Positions 51,357 to 61,261 of a stretch of DNA of 64,000 nucleotides are shown one piece after another. Made by a program: the position numbers and the translations under genes. Each line of letters starts with the position of its first letter. The stretch's first letter is position 1. The DNA is from Promethearchaeota archaeon (GTDB lineage: Archaea > Asgardarchaeota > Lokiarchaeia > Sigyniarchaeales > SOKP01): contig JBHLOC010000027.1 in assembly GCA_048940925.1 (NCBI GenBank), forward strand, positions 1 to 64,000. Direction: 5' to 3'. The notes beneath the pieces are model-generated. The model saw only the letters and a program-made list of their open reading frames with translations, ran no database searches and was not told the DNA's origin.

Positions 51357-53315
51357 TTAAGAGTAAAATTTTAAAAGTGCATCAAGTAATTCTTGTAGGG
51401 TATTAAGATTTGGAATGAATAAGAATGTTCCTTGAACTTTAATATCAGTGATAATTACGTTTGTGGTGATTACTAGCGATAATTTTCTAAGCAATCCAAT
51501 TTCTTCTTTTAATATGCTAAATAATTGCTGTCCAGTATCAACTGACATGTCTGGAGGCTCTGTCATAAGCCGTATTCCAAGTAGATCACCTATAGCACTA
51601 ACATAATGACTTCCGAGAATATGTCCTAATTCGGAAAGAGCACTTCTATAAAGTTCTGGATAATCATCAGCTTTATCAATTTTCTTCCTCAAATCGATCT
51701 TCTTTTTATCTTTATCATCAACTATTATTGATGTAATATCAATTGAATCTTTTACATTGAATATCGTAAGTACTGTAGCTCTTGTTTTCCCAATAACGTT
51801 ACTCCATGCGACTAATAATTTTTCATTCTTTTTACTTATCTTTTGAGCATATTCATCTAATTCAACCATCTCTACTGATGGTATATTTATATCAACTCTT
51901 TTATTAATCATCTGAGCTAATGCATTTGCTGCGTTTCCAGCTCCAATATTTCCAACTTCTTGTAAGGCATCTCTTTGAAGTTCCGTAAGCACTATTGAAC
52001 TAACATCTAATTTATCAGCTGATTTCTCAGACTTATCTTCCATAAATGCTATTTCATGATGAATACCCAATTTATTGAAAAAAGATTTTAATGTTTCAAG
52101 GTCTGGTATAAAGAAGAAGAAACCTTGCAATTGTAATTCAGAGACTTTTATAGACGTTTTAATTATTATCATATATTCAGCTAATGATTTTAATTCTTGA
52201 GATAGAAATTCCCCTAATTCTGCAGTATTACTCATAGCAAATTCTGGTATATCAATCATAATTTTTGTCCCTAATAAATCTGCTAAAGCAGAAGCATAAT
52301 GCCCTGCCATTATGTTTCCCATTTCTGTTATTGTTGAAATAGCAAATTCATCAAGGTCCTTTTTAGACTTAACTTTATTAGGATCTATTTTTGATTGATT
52401 TCCTGCTAACGTTGCTATTAGATTCATTAAGGGTTTCATTTCAAAAATATTGAGAATAGTAGATTGGGAAGGTTTGTCTATATGACAAAAAATACCGCAT
52501 ACTCGTTCATTAGAATTCCCAAATTGCATTGATAATTTATTTAGAGATACAATTCCAACATCAGTTAAGGTCACATCTATTTTTTTCTTTATGAGTCGAG
52601 ATAGTGCTGTAACTGCATTTCCAGTTCCAATATTTCCAATCTCTTGAAGTATATCTTTTTGATCATCAGTTAAGACAATTTTTTTCTCGGAAGTTGAAGT
52701 TTTCTTCTTGGTAATTTTCACTTTTTTAGGTGTAATAACAGTTGATTCTATGTCATGAATCACTTGTTTTTTAGGTATCACTTTTGGGCGTTCCAGAATC
52801 TTAGGTTTTAGAATATTTTTCTCTACTTGTATTTCGAAAGATTTAATATAGGGTTGGATTAAAGCATCTAAATCTAGCAAGATAAGTGGTTCGTCTTGAA
52901 ATATCCCTGTTAGTTTTATAAATTTAAAATCTATGTTTGTTTTTACAATCGTTCCTTGTGCTTTAAAAATTGAAATTGGAAACTCTCTCACACCAATTAC
53001 AGAATCAACTAATAAAGCAATTTTTAAATTTTCCCATTCTAAGAGTAGAATACGTGATTTTTCATCTAAAGCATATTCTATATCATTACTATAAATATTG
53101 TGTTTAAGTGAGATAATTGAATAAATATCTCCTCTGATATTTATAATCCCTACAATTGATTTATCTGCTAACGGTACTGGAACTATTTTTTCTCCAGGTA
53201 CAAAAATCTCTTTAACCTTTTCAACCTCAATAAGATATTTTTCATCTTGTACCTGTATTATAACAGTTGATATATTTTCTTCAAATTCTATTTTTTCATA
53301 TTCACTATTTAACAT
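51357..53315 (-). CDS. CheW-CheC-CheC fusion protein
   Basis: CheW (VPVPLA...GIINIRGDI...ALLVDSV) then two CheC domains (EIGNIGTG/EMGNIMAG; EVGNIGAG/ELGHILGS). Confidence 0.88.
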   Translation of the reverse strand: MLNSEYEKIEFEENISTVIIQVQDEKYLIEVEKVKEIFVPGEKIVPVPLADKSIVGIINIRGDIYSIISLKHNIYSNDIEYALDEKSRILLLEWENLKIALLVDSVIGVREFPISIFKAQGTIVKTNIDFKFIKLTGIFQDEPLILLDLDALIQPYIKSFEIQVEKNILKPKILERPKVIPKKQVIHDIESTVITPKKVKITKKKTSTSEKKIVLTDDQKDILQEIGNIGTGNAVTALSRLIKKKIDVTLTDVGIVSLNKLSMQFGNSNERVCGIFCHIDKPSQSTILNIFEMKPLMNLIATLAGNQSKIDPNKVKSKKDLDEFAISTITEMGNIMAGHYASALADLLGTKIMIDIPEFAMSNTAELGEFLSQELKSLAEYMIIIKTSIKVSELQLQGFFFFIPDLETLKSFFNKLGIHHEIAFMEDKSEKSADKLDVSSIVLTELQRDALQEVGNIGAGNAANALAQMINKRVDINIPSVEMVELDEYAQKISKKNEKLLVAWSNVIGKTRATVLTIFNVKDSIDITSIIVDDKDKKKIDLRKKIDKADDYPELYRSALSELGHILGSHYVSAIGDLLGIRLMTEPPDMSVDTGQQLFSILKEEIGLLRKLSLVITTNVIITDIKVQGTFLFIPNLNTLQELLDALLKFYS

Positions 53316-53351
53316 TATAATATCCTCTGTTTAACTCATTACAAAATTTTT

Positions 53352-54191
53352 TTATTTTATCATTATACCTTTCCAAATTAATTCTACATCAGTTTCATCT
53401 TCAGTTGCTCCAATAAAGAAATCTGATTGTTTAAAGATTAATATTTGTCCTCCATTTGAATACTTGTAGACATAGTTTAGTAAATCATCCATACTTGTAT
53501 AATTAAATCCTGCAAGTTTTAATTCTGAATTATCTACAATTATTAGATCTTCTTTATTAAAAACGCGATTTTCTTCTATCCATTCAATCCATAATTCTGG
53601 AGTTATTTCAGTGTTAATTATCTTATAACTTTCATCTAATGGTATATTTCGAAAAGATTTATTAGCAGCTATTATAATCCTATGTGGTATAGTATTCTGT
53701 TTTTTTGCGAATTCTGCCATATCTTTTAATGATTGATTAAAATTATCTAATTCGAGAGTATCATGACAAGAAATGAAAATTGTTTCATTTTCTTCAGTTT
53801 CTAGTATAAAATCAAAAAATTTAGCAGAATTGTTATTTTGGTTTACCTTCATAGATTTAATAGTTATACCTAAATAATATTTAATATATTGATAAAATCG
53901 CCATTTAACAGCTAATCTATGATTTATTTCTCTACTAATAAATATCTGGAACAATGTTTTTAGGTCAATTTCATTTAATTTTGATATATCCGCCAATTTA
54001 CCTTTATCTTTGCCAATTTCGAGAAATTTATCATTGGTAGTTGATTTTGAGTTTTTAACAGGTTTCGTTTTAATTTCATCTAAGAATTTGTTTAATTCAT
54101 TATAAGTGAATTGTGGCAAGATTTGATCAACCAAATATGAAACATACTTCTTCGATTTATCATCCAACGTTTCAAAAAACTGTAAATTCAT
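53352..54191 (-). CDS. Hypothetical protein in che operon
   Basis: 279 aa, GGAGG RBS, co-oriented within the operon. Confidence 0.65.
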   Translation of the reverse strand: MNLQFFETLDDKSKKYVSYLVDQILPQFTYNELNKFLDEIKTKPVKNSKSTTNDKFLEIGKDKGKLADISKLNEIDLKTLFQIFISREINHRLAVKWRFYQYIKYYLGITIKSMKVNQNNNSAKFFDFILETEENETIFISCHDTLELDNFNQSLKDMAEFAKKQNTIPHRIIIAANKSFRNIPLDESYKIINTEITPELWIEWIEENRVFNKEDLIIVDNSELKLAGFNYTSMDDLLNYVYKYSNGGQILIFKQSDFFIGATEDETDVELIWKGIMIK

Positions 54192-54246
54192 TCTATTTCC
54201 TCCTATAATTTTTCTTTTTTCGATTTAATTATAATTTTGTTCTGAA

Positions 54247-56262
54247 TTATCCAATAAAAAAGGATTCTAACTCTGAATATTTTACATCTTTTCCGGTAAT
54301 ATTTTTTAGATAATACATTACTTCCTTTTCTTGAAAGGGTAATAAAGTTTCAATTGTGAAGAATATTTTACGTTCTCCAGATTTATCTGCTTTGCTTAAC
54401 TTATGATCGATATTTGAAGAGACAAGTTCAAATGAGTCTGGGAAAGAATCAGTTAAATCAACATTATTAAGTTTAATATTTGAACCATTTCTTGCAGTAA
54501 TATAAATTGCAAATTCATTGCTAGTCCTCCCTGGAAATATTTCCTTTCCAATCATTAGCTTACGACGTTTATGAGTAATTTTTAGTTTAGAGGCATCTTT
54601 CATATCTAAATTGGTGGTAATTATATAATACTCATTAGATTTTACATCTAAATATTTAGGATAATATGTCTGAACATCCAATGGAAATTTATAATCTTTA
54701 TTGGGATCAGGAGTAATAGCGTTAAGTGAATATCGGACCTCTAAAAAGTCATCAACATTTATCAATGATTTACTATTATAATTCTTCAAATTAACTCTTA
54801 GTTCTAAAAGATGTTCACTAGATGGATCAATATCATCTGGATTAACATTTATTATAAAGTCTTCAAATTTTACTTCTCCTGAAGAATTAAATAATTTGTA
54901 TTTTGAAATCTCTTTTGAAGGCAAAAAATCTTCCGGTATTCTCTCTTGGACAATTATTCCTTTTACCGGAACTGCACCCATGTTCTTTATTACAATTTTT
55001 ACATCAATTTCAGATTGCTCATATGATTTTACCTCTTTCTCTGAAAGTTCCTTTTTTATTAAAACACTTACGGTTCTAAAGAGAGTATCATCAAAATGAG
55101 CAGTAATCAAACAGTTTTTTTCAACCTTATAATCTACAGAATATTCTACTTTCCTTGAAAATGAAGGCTCTTTTTCATCTACATAATCAAATTTTTGTGT
55201 TATATAATTTTCTTGGGGATGAATTATCAATTTTTCACCAGAACCATTAAAATTCAAGCTTAATAGAGTATTTTTCTTATTCTTATCTAAAATTAAAATT
55301 GATTTCATTATCATCTTAAAATCACTATGATTTTCAAAATAGAGAGAGCAATCCCAATGATTAGGAGAGTGATCTTTCTCCATTTTTTTTATTGCATGCA
55401 ATGCATGAGAATATGCTGAAAAGCGTTCAATTTCTACTTCAGATAAAGTTTGATTCTTCAAATTAAATGATAATTCAATTTTCCCTGTTCTTATATTCTC
55501 TCTCTTTTTTGGAAAAATCTTGCTTATTATTGATATTTCTCTTTTTTCTCCAGGATTCAAATTATTAATAGAACATTCAACTGTGTTGCTTGTAATAATA
55601 AAATCCTTATTATCATTACCCTCAAATTCTAAATCATAAAGATATTTAGAAATATACTTTTTTAGGGTTATGTTTTCTAAAAATGACGTTGAAACATTTT
55701 CTACAAAAATTGAGAACTTAATCTTATTTTCTTTACCAAGTAAAAGAATTTGATGTTTTTGATTTCCATCATTAATAAAGAGAGATCCATCTGGGCTATC
55801 TCCAAATGATTTAATATCCTCATTTAAGTTCTCAATATTTTCCTCTATTTTTATTAAATCAGGGAGCATTTCTGAATTTACCATTTCATATTTCAAAATT
55901 TTATTTGAATTTGGTTCAAAGATACCTAAGTTTACATCTTTTTCTGAGTTTTTATCATCAAATTGTGTGCCTGAAAATTGTAAAAATGCATCCCAAATTC
56001 TATCTTTAAGTGAATTATTATAAATTATTATGTTACCATATCCAGTTATAGAAGATCTCTTCTTATCATATTGATATTTATATTCTAAAAATTCTTCATT
56101 AGCAATCAATATTTCTGAGATTGAGCTTATTACATTTTTTCCTATTTTTAAATCTCTTTTACTAGTTTCTATTACTTTTCCTGTTTCCCTTATTGGCATA
56201 CCAAGGAAATTGACTCCAATTTCAGTTTTTAACTCATCTTGGTTAACTTTTTTAAAACCCAT
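54247..56262 (-). CDS. Cytoplasmic multi-beta-sandwich protein (putative mu-homology domain plus DUF11-like Ig domains)
   Basis: 671 aa, no signal peptide; repeated I.N......I.V.(E/D).IP..F units. Confidence 0.6.
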   Translation of the reverse strand: MGFKKVNQDELKTEIGVNFLGMPIRETGKVIETSKRDLKIGKNVISSISEILIANEEFLEYKYQYDKKRSSITGYGNIIIYNNSLKDRIWDAFLQFSGTQFDDKNSEKDVNLGIFEPNSNKILKYEMVNSEMLPDLIKIEENIENLNEDIKSFGDSPDGSLFINDGNQKHQILLLGKENKIKFSIFVENVSTSFLENITLKKYISKYLYDLEFEGNDNKDFIITSNTVECSINNLNPGEKREISIISKIFPKKRENIRTGKIELSFNLKNQTLSEVEIERFSAYSHALHAIKKMEKDHSPNHWDCSLYFENHSDFKMIMKSILILDKNKKNTLLSLNFNGSGEKLIIHPQENYITQKFDYVDEKEPSFSRKVEYSVDYKVEKNCLITAHFDDTLFRTVSVLIKKELSEKEVKSYEQSEIDVKIVIKNMGAVPVKGIIVQERIPEDFLPSKEISKYKLFNSSGEVKFEDFIINVNPDDIDPSSEHLLELRVNLKNYNSKSLINVDDFLEVRYSLNAITPDPNKDYKFPLDVQTYYPKYLDVKSNEYYIITTNLDMKDASKLKITHKRRKLMIGKEIFPGRTSNEFAIYITARNGSNIKLNNVDLTDSFPDSFELVSSNIDHKLSKADKSGERKIFFTIETLLPFQEKEVMYYLKNITGKDVKYSELESFFIG

Positions 56263-56331
56263 TTCAATTTTCCTCCAAATTTTATTTAAACAGCAAATTT
56301 TTTCTTATTTTTAAAAAATATTTAATTAACT

Positions 56332-58368
56332 TTATTGTGAAATTTCACCTTCTAGTAATTGTTTTGATATGATATTGAGCACATCAAGGATCAAACAAAT
56401 TTCACCAGAACCAGTGATAGCAGATCCTAAAATATTTCGAGAATCTGAATAGCTTGATTTAAATGGTTTAACTACTAAGTCTAGTTGTTGAAGTTGTTTA
56501 TCTGCTACTAAAACTGCCGAATTCTCATTATCTTTTTGACACCATACAGCAACTTTCTTATATGAATTAGTTTCATTTATATCAACCATTTGTAAGTGTT
56601 GATCCAAATGAATAAGAGGGAGTAATTTTGAATTAATTTTGTAATATTGTATCCCTTCATTGTATTCGACTAAATTTGGATTGAAAAAGTATATTTGCTT
56701 GATATTTTCAATGGGTATAGCAAATAAATCTTCTGAAATTTGAAGTAATTGAGCTCTCAAAATAGCCCTTGTAAATGGAACAATCAATGTAAATTTAGTC
56801 CCAACGTCTTTTTGTGAGGTGATGAGTAAATCTCCTCCTAATTCTTTTATTTTTTCAGCAACAATAGCTAATCCTATCCCTCTACCTGATATAATATCAG
56901 CATCTGAGAGAGTCGAAAAACCAGACATTAGTATATATTTATTCAATTCATCCGGTGTTAGCTCTTCGATTTGATTAGCGTCAAAATATCTCTTATTACG
57001 GATTTTTTGTTTTATTTTATCATAATTTATACCTGCACCATCATCTTCTATCTCTATGTGAATAGAACCTGCTTTCCTATATGTTTTTATTCTTAAAATT
57101 CCAAGTTCATTTTTACCTTTCCTTTTCCTTTCTTCTGGTGTTTCTATCCCATGGTAAATAGCATTTCTAATAAGATGAACTAACGGGGAATTTAATTCCT
57201 CTAATATTTTTCTATCAATTTCAACATTAGTGCCTTGTAGAACTAATTTAATTTGTTTACCTGTTTCATTCGCAACATCTCGTACAAATCGTTTATATTT
57301 TCTAAATGTAGATTCTACACGCACTAATTTTAATCTAAATAGTATTTCTTGAATGTCGAGATAGGGTTTATCCATTTTATCAAAAAGTCTACCAATAACG
57401 CGATCTTGTTTTTCTTTTAATAATTGACTAATTTGATTTTTTAATATTACCAGTTCTCCAAAATAATTCATTAATTCCTCTAAATATTCAATATTAACTT
57501 TTACACTTGTTATTTTAGTCCCATCCTCAGAATAGTCTTCAACTATTTGAGAGACCCTCTCTACTTCTTCATCGATTAAATCTTCCTCAAAATCTTGCTC
57601 TTTATCCCATTTCTCTTTTAGATTGTTAATTGTGCTTTTAAATTCCTCAGGATTTAAAATTGTAATCACAATACTTTCAATTTCTAATATTTCATCTAAA
57701 ATATGTGATATTTGTTGTTTTTGTTGGTCACTAATAAAATATATCTCGAATTCATTCTTCAAAATTGCTCTCTCTAATGATTCTGGGGCAGGAGTTGTCC
57801 AACAAATCTTACCCCTCTCATTTAATGCCCTAAAAATAATAAACAATCTTACTTTCTTAAATACACAAGTTTCCTCCAATCGAATATAAATTTTATATGG
57901 TTTGTTTTGTCTATTACTGAGAATTTCTGTAATTTCTTCAAGAGTTATTGGTTTAATAAATGTAATATCATAACTATCTGTATCAAAACTCTCAAAACTC
58001 CTTTTTATCTCTTCTAAAAATTTAGTGTCAATATCTTTTAAATCTCCTTTTTTGACCTTCTTTAAAACATTTTTAAGGACATCAAGACTCTCAAATAACA
58101 TATCTATAAAGTCAGTTCGTTTTCCAATTGAAACTTTATTGTCTTTCGCATTTTCTAAAAAAGATTCAAAATGATGACAGAACTTTGATAAATTTTCAAA
58201 ACCCGCCATAGCAGTAAGACCTTTTAGAGTATGGAATGTGAAAAAAAGTTCCTGAATTGGTTTAGGATTTTCCGTATTTTCTTCTAATTTAAGAATTTCA
58301 TCCTCAGTTTTTTGAATAAGATCCTCTGCTTCACTAATAAAAAGCTTAATATCGTCATATGAGGCCAT
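56332..58368 (-). CDS. cheA: Chemotaxis histidine kinase CheA
   Basis: P1 FHTLKG, P2, P3 LMNYFGELVI, P4 HLIRNAIYHGIE/DDGAG/GFST/SGRGIGL, P5. Confidence 0.96.
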   Translation of the reverse strand: MASYDDIKLFISEAEDLIQKTEDEILKLEENTENPKPIQELFFTFHTLKGLTAMAGFENLSKFCHHFESFLENAKDNKVSIGKRTDFIDMLFESLDVLKNVLKKVKKGDLKDIDTKFLEEIKRSFESFDTDSYDITFIKPITLEEITEILSNRQNKPYKIYIRLEETCVFKKVRLFIIFRALNERGKICWTTPAPESLERAILKNEFEIYFISDQQKQQISHILDEILEIESIVITILNPEEFKSTINNLKEKWDKEQDFEEDLIDEEVERVSQIVEDYSEDGTKITSVKVNIEYLEELMNYFGELVILKNQISQLLKEKQDRVIGRLFDKMDKPYLDIQEILFRLKLVRVESTFRKYKRFVRDVANETGKQIKLVLQGTNVEIDRKILEELNSPLVHLIRNAIYHGIETPEERKRKGKNELGILRIKTYRKAGSIHIEIEDDGAGINYDKIKQKIRNKRYFDANQIEELTPDELNKYILMSGFSTLSDADIISGRGIGLAIVAEKIKELGGDLLITSQKDVGTKFTLIVPFTRAILRAQLLQISEDLFAIPIENIKQIYFFNPNLVEYNEGIQYYKINSKLLPLIHLDQHLQMVDINETNSYKKVAVWCQKDNENSAVLVADKQLQQLDLVVKPFKSSYSDSRNILGSAITGSGEICLILDVLNIISKQLLEGEISQ

Positions 58369-58395
58369 AAAATCACCATAATGTTTAGTTTATGA

Positions 58396-58791
58396 TTATT
58401 TCTTATCGATTTTTTTATTTTTCAGTATGCGATCCATGACCTCTAAAATTTGTTCAGTCTTGAAGGGTTTTTGAATAAAATCTTTTGCCCCTTTTTTCGC
58501 TGCTTCAAGCACTAAAGCTTCTTGTCCTAAGGCTGATACCACAACTATCAAAGCTTTAGGATTAATCTTTAGAATCTCTTCTGTCGCCTCAATACCGCCT
58601 TTTTTAGGCATAACCAAATCCATAGTAACTAAATCTGGGTTTAGTTTCTTGTATAAAGATATTGCTTCGACACCGTTTGAAGCTTCACCAATTATTTCGA
58701 CCTTCTCGACTTTACTTATAATATTTTTAAGCATATTTCTTGTGAAGGCTGCATCGTCAACTATAAGGACACGTTTCTTTTCATTTGTCAT
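58396..58791 (-). CDS. cheY: Chemotaxis response regulator CheY
   Basis: VDDAAF, PDLVTMDLVMP, SALGQ, GAKDFIQKPF. Confidence 0.93.
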   Translation of the reverse strand: MTNEKKRVLIVDDAAFTRNMLKNIISKVEKVEIIGEASNGVEAISLYKKLNPDLVTMDLVMPKKGGIEATEEILKINPKALIVVVSALGQEALVLEAAKKGAKDFIQKPFKTEQILEVMDRILKNKKIDKK

Positions 58792-58858
58792 ATTTTCAAC
58801 TCCAATTTGTTTTTGTTTAAAATTTTTTAATATTTTTTTTTATTTTTTAGATTTAATT

Positions 58859-59392
58859 TTATGTTAGAGATGACATTTCTTGTTGAATTTTAAATTTTTC
58901 AACCTCACTCAATACTTTGCTTAAATCAAGCATAATTTTGGGTCGATCTTCGAAGTTTATAATACCTTTGATATATTCCATAGCAACACTAGTCTGAAAG
59001 ATAGGACTTAAATCAACAATTTCATTCGCATCAATGTGATCTATATTCATAATACGATCCACATAAAATCCGACTAAAGTATTCTCAACTTTTAGAATTA
59101 TTATAAATTTCTTACTTGCACTAAATACTTCTTCTGAAGAGGATTTTTTTGCGCTATACAAAACATATTCATTCAAGTCCAATTTCTTTTTTAAATTGAC
59201 TACATGAATGATTTCTCCTCTGTAATTATAGATCCCATCTATATAATCTAAACTTTTAGGCAATTTTCGTATTTGTCCCGCTTGTATTATTTCTTTTACA
59301 TCAACAAGGTCAATTACAAATTGTTCCCATCCAATTTGGAATATAATTATAGAAATTTGATTTCTATCTTTGAAATCTTTGCCTTGAATCAT
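58859..59392 (-). CDS. cheW: Chemotaxis coupling protein CheW
   Basis: VKEII, LP...YIDGIYNYRGEII.VVNL, GFYVDRI, YIKGII. Confidence 0.92.
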   Translation of the reverse strand: MIQGKDFKDRNQISIIIFQIGWEQFVIDLVDVKEIIQAGQIRKLPKSLDYIDGIYNYRGEIIHVVNLKKKLDLNEYVLYSAKKSSSEEVFSASKKFIIILKVENTLVGFYVDRIMNIDHIDANEIVDLSPIFQTSVAMEYIKGIINFEDRPKIMLDLSKVLSEVEKFKIQQEMSSLT

Positions 59393-59411
59393 ATTCTACA
59401 TACCCTTTTTC

Positions 59412-60233
59412 TTATATTATAAAATATTGGTTAATTATTTCTTCAAAATTAGAAAATGGTGTTATATCACCATTGAAATTTTTTAAAAGATCTTTATAAC
59501 TGAATAAAAATTCATCTGCTAAGAGATACATATATCTTTGAATTAAAAAATTCATTTTTTCCACTAAGAAAGCAAATATCACATGGTTTTTAGTAATAAC
59601 ATAGAATTGTTGATTTCCAAAATTAATTTCTTTGAGTTTTGCCCCAGTTTCTTCCCCAATGATCGTATTCGAGAATGATAATAAGGCAGAGATAAACCCT
59701 CCGATATGTACCTCATGATCCTGTATATTTGAACGCTTTTTATTTATCATTGAAACAAATGGACTCCCTGTGGACCCAATAATAAAAATAGCAATAACTC
59801 CCTCTGTTTTAGGTATCTCAATTGCCGAATTAAATTCATATATTATATTATTTAGTGATTCATGGGATTGAAATTTCTTGTTTATATCTTTTGATAAGAA
59901 ATATAATTGTGAGAAATTTACTGAATTTTCTTTTTTTTCCATATAAATTATAACTAATATATCATGATTAGAATGTTCAAAATAATGAAGGAAGATTGTC
60001 ATATCATTGAGAGGAATTATTGAGTTTCCTTGTTTTTTGGATATTATCTCTTTCTTATAAAGTTCCATAATATTCTGAACCAATGGAATACCTATTCCTT
60101 TCTGAAAAAGTACTTTGAAACTTTCATTAATATTATTTTCTGAAATCCTAACCAAACCTATGCCCAAAATTTGCATTAATCTGGTGTTTTCTTTAGAATT
60201 ATGAAAGTTTTCCATAATCATCATTAACTTCAT
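59412..60233 (-). CDS. Longin-like domain protein, first gene of the che operon
   Basis: C-terminal IFIIGSTGSPF...IGGFISALLSFS...LKEINFG...IFAFLV...F...Y pattern typical of archaeal longin domains. Confidence 0.65.
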   Translation of the reverse strand: MKLMMIMENFHNSKENTRLMQILGIGLVRISENNINESFKVLFQKGIGIPLVQNIMELYKKEIISKKQGNSIIPLNDMTIFLHYFEHSNHDILVIIYMEKKENSVNFSQLYFLSKDINKKFQSHESLNNIIYEFNSAIEIPKTEGVIAIFIIGSTGSPFVSMINKKRSNIQDHEVHIGGFISALLSFSNTIIGEETGAKLKEINFGNQQFYVITKNHVIFAFLVEKMNFLIQRYMYLLADEFLFSYKDLLKNFNGDITPFSNFEEIINQYFII

Positions 60234-60580
60234 GCCTAAATTTGTTTAATCTTCTAATTTTTTTCATGTTTAGTTTTTTTGTTCAACTGTTCAATATTTG
60301 TATGTAAAAGTTTTACTTATTGTGATTTTTTTGTATCATTATGCATAATGAACTAAAAAAGTTATAATAGATTCCTTATTTAAATCTTTTTGTTGTAAAA
60401 CTATTTTGTGCTTTTGATTGTTTTATTTTATTTGATGTCATAATTTATATACAAACAAAAAAATTACATATTTAGATCATTTGAACACAAAAAGTGATCT
60501 TCAAAAAACAAGTTAAATAAGAGTTATATGCAAAAACTTAAGGCTATAGAATTAAATCATAATTACCATTTTAGCTAACT

Positions 60581-61261
60581 GTGGAAGAAATTTTGACTTT
60601 TCCAAATAAAATAATTTCAAATGCTGACCATAATTTTAAAGAAATTATAGTTTATTGTCCTAAATGTAAAATTAGTAAGAATTTGAATATACCCATTAAA
60701 ATCATTAATCAAAGTAAACAACTAACTATAATTTCAATACCTTCAAGATTAAATTGTGAGCATAGTTTTCAAGCTTTTATTGATAAAAACTTCAAGGTTA
60801 GAGGTTATCAATTAGTAGATTTTGAATTTTCAAAAATAGAACTCTATGAAAGCACTTCAGATATTTTGGATAGGAAAAAATACGAAAAAAATGAAGCAAC
60901 CGAATTCACATCTATGTCAATTTTTCAGGAAATTATAAAACTTCTTAGAAATTGTGTTGATGATAAGGAAGTAGTTGGTAGCGGCATATTCACCCTAGAA
61001 GGAAAAGTACTATATTCTTCATTGCCACAAACTACTTTATTTAATACAATTCGAGAATTCGAAGTAAGAAGTGAGAGAAACTTAGTTAGTGTTAAAAAAA
61101 TGTATCTTGAACTTGAGAATGCTGAAAAATTTATTTCCAAATTTATGGAAATTAAGGGAGCAAAATTTAATTTAGTGTTAATGTTCTCTTTTCGCACCAA
61201 ATTTGGAATGGGAAATTTACACTTGCGTGATTTATTAAGAAATATAGAAGCTTTAAATTGA
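60581..61261 (+). CDS. Zn-ribbon plus roadblock/profilin-like domain protein
   Basis: CPKC...CEH.FQAFIDKNFKVRGYQ N-domain; VVGSGIFTLEGKVLYSSL C-domain. Confidence 0.6.
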   Translation: MEEILTFPNKIISNADHNFKEIIVYCPKCKISKNLNIPIKIINQSKQLTIISIPSRLNCEHSFQAFIDKNFKVRGYQLVDFEFSKIELYESTSDILDRKKYEKNEATEFTSMSIFQEIIKLLRNCVDDKEVVGSGIFTLEGKVLYSSLPQTTLFNTIREFEVRSERNLVSVKKMYLELENAEKFISKFMEIKGAKFNLVLMFSFRTKFGMGNLHLRDLLRNIEALN

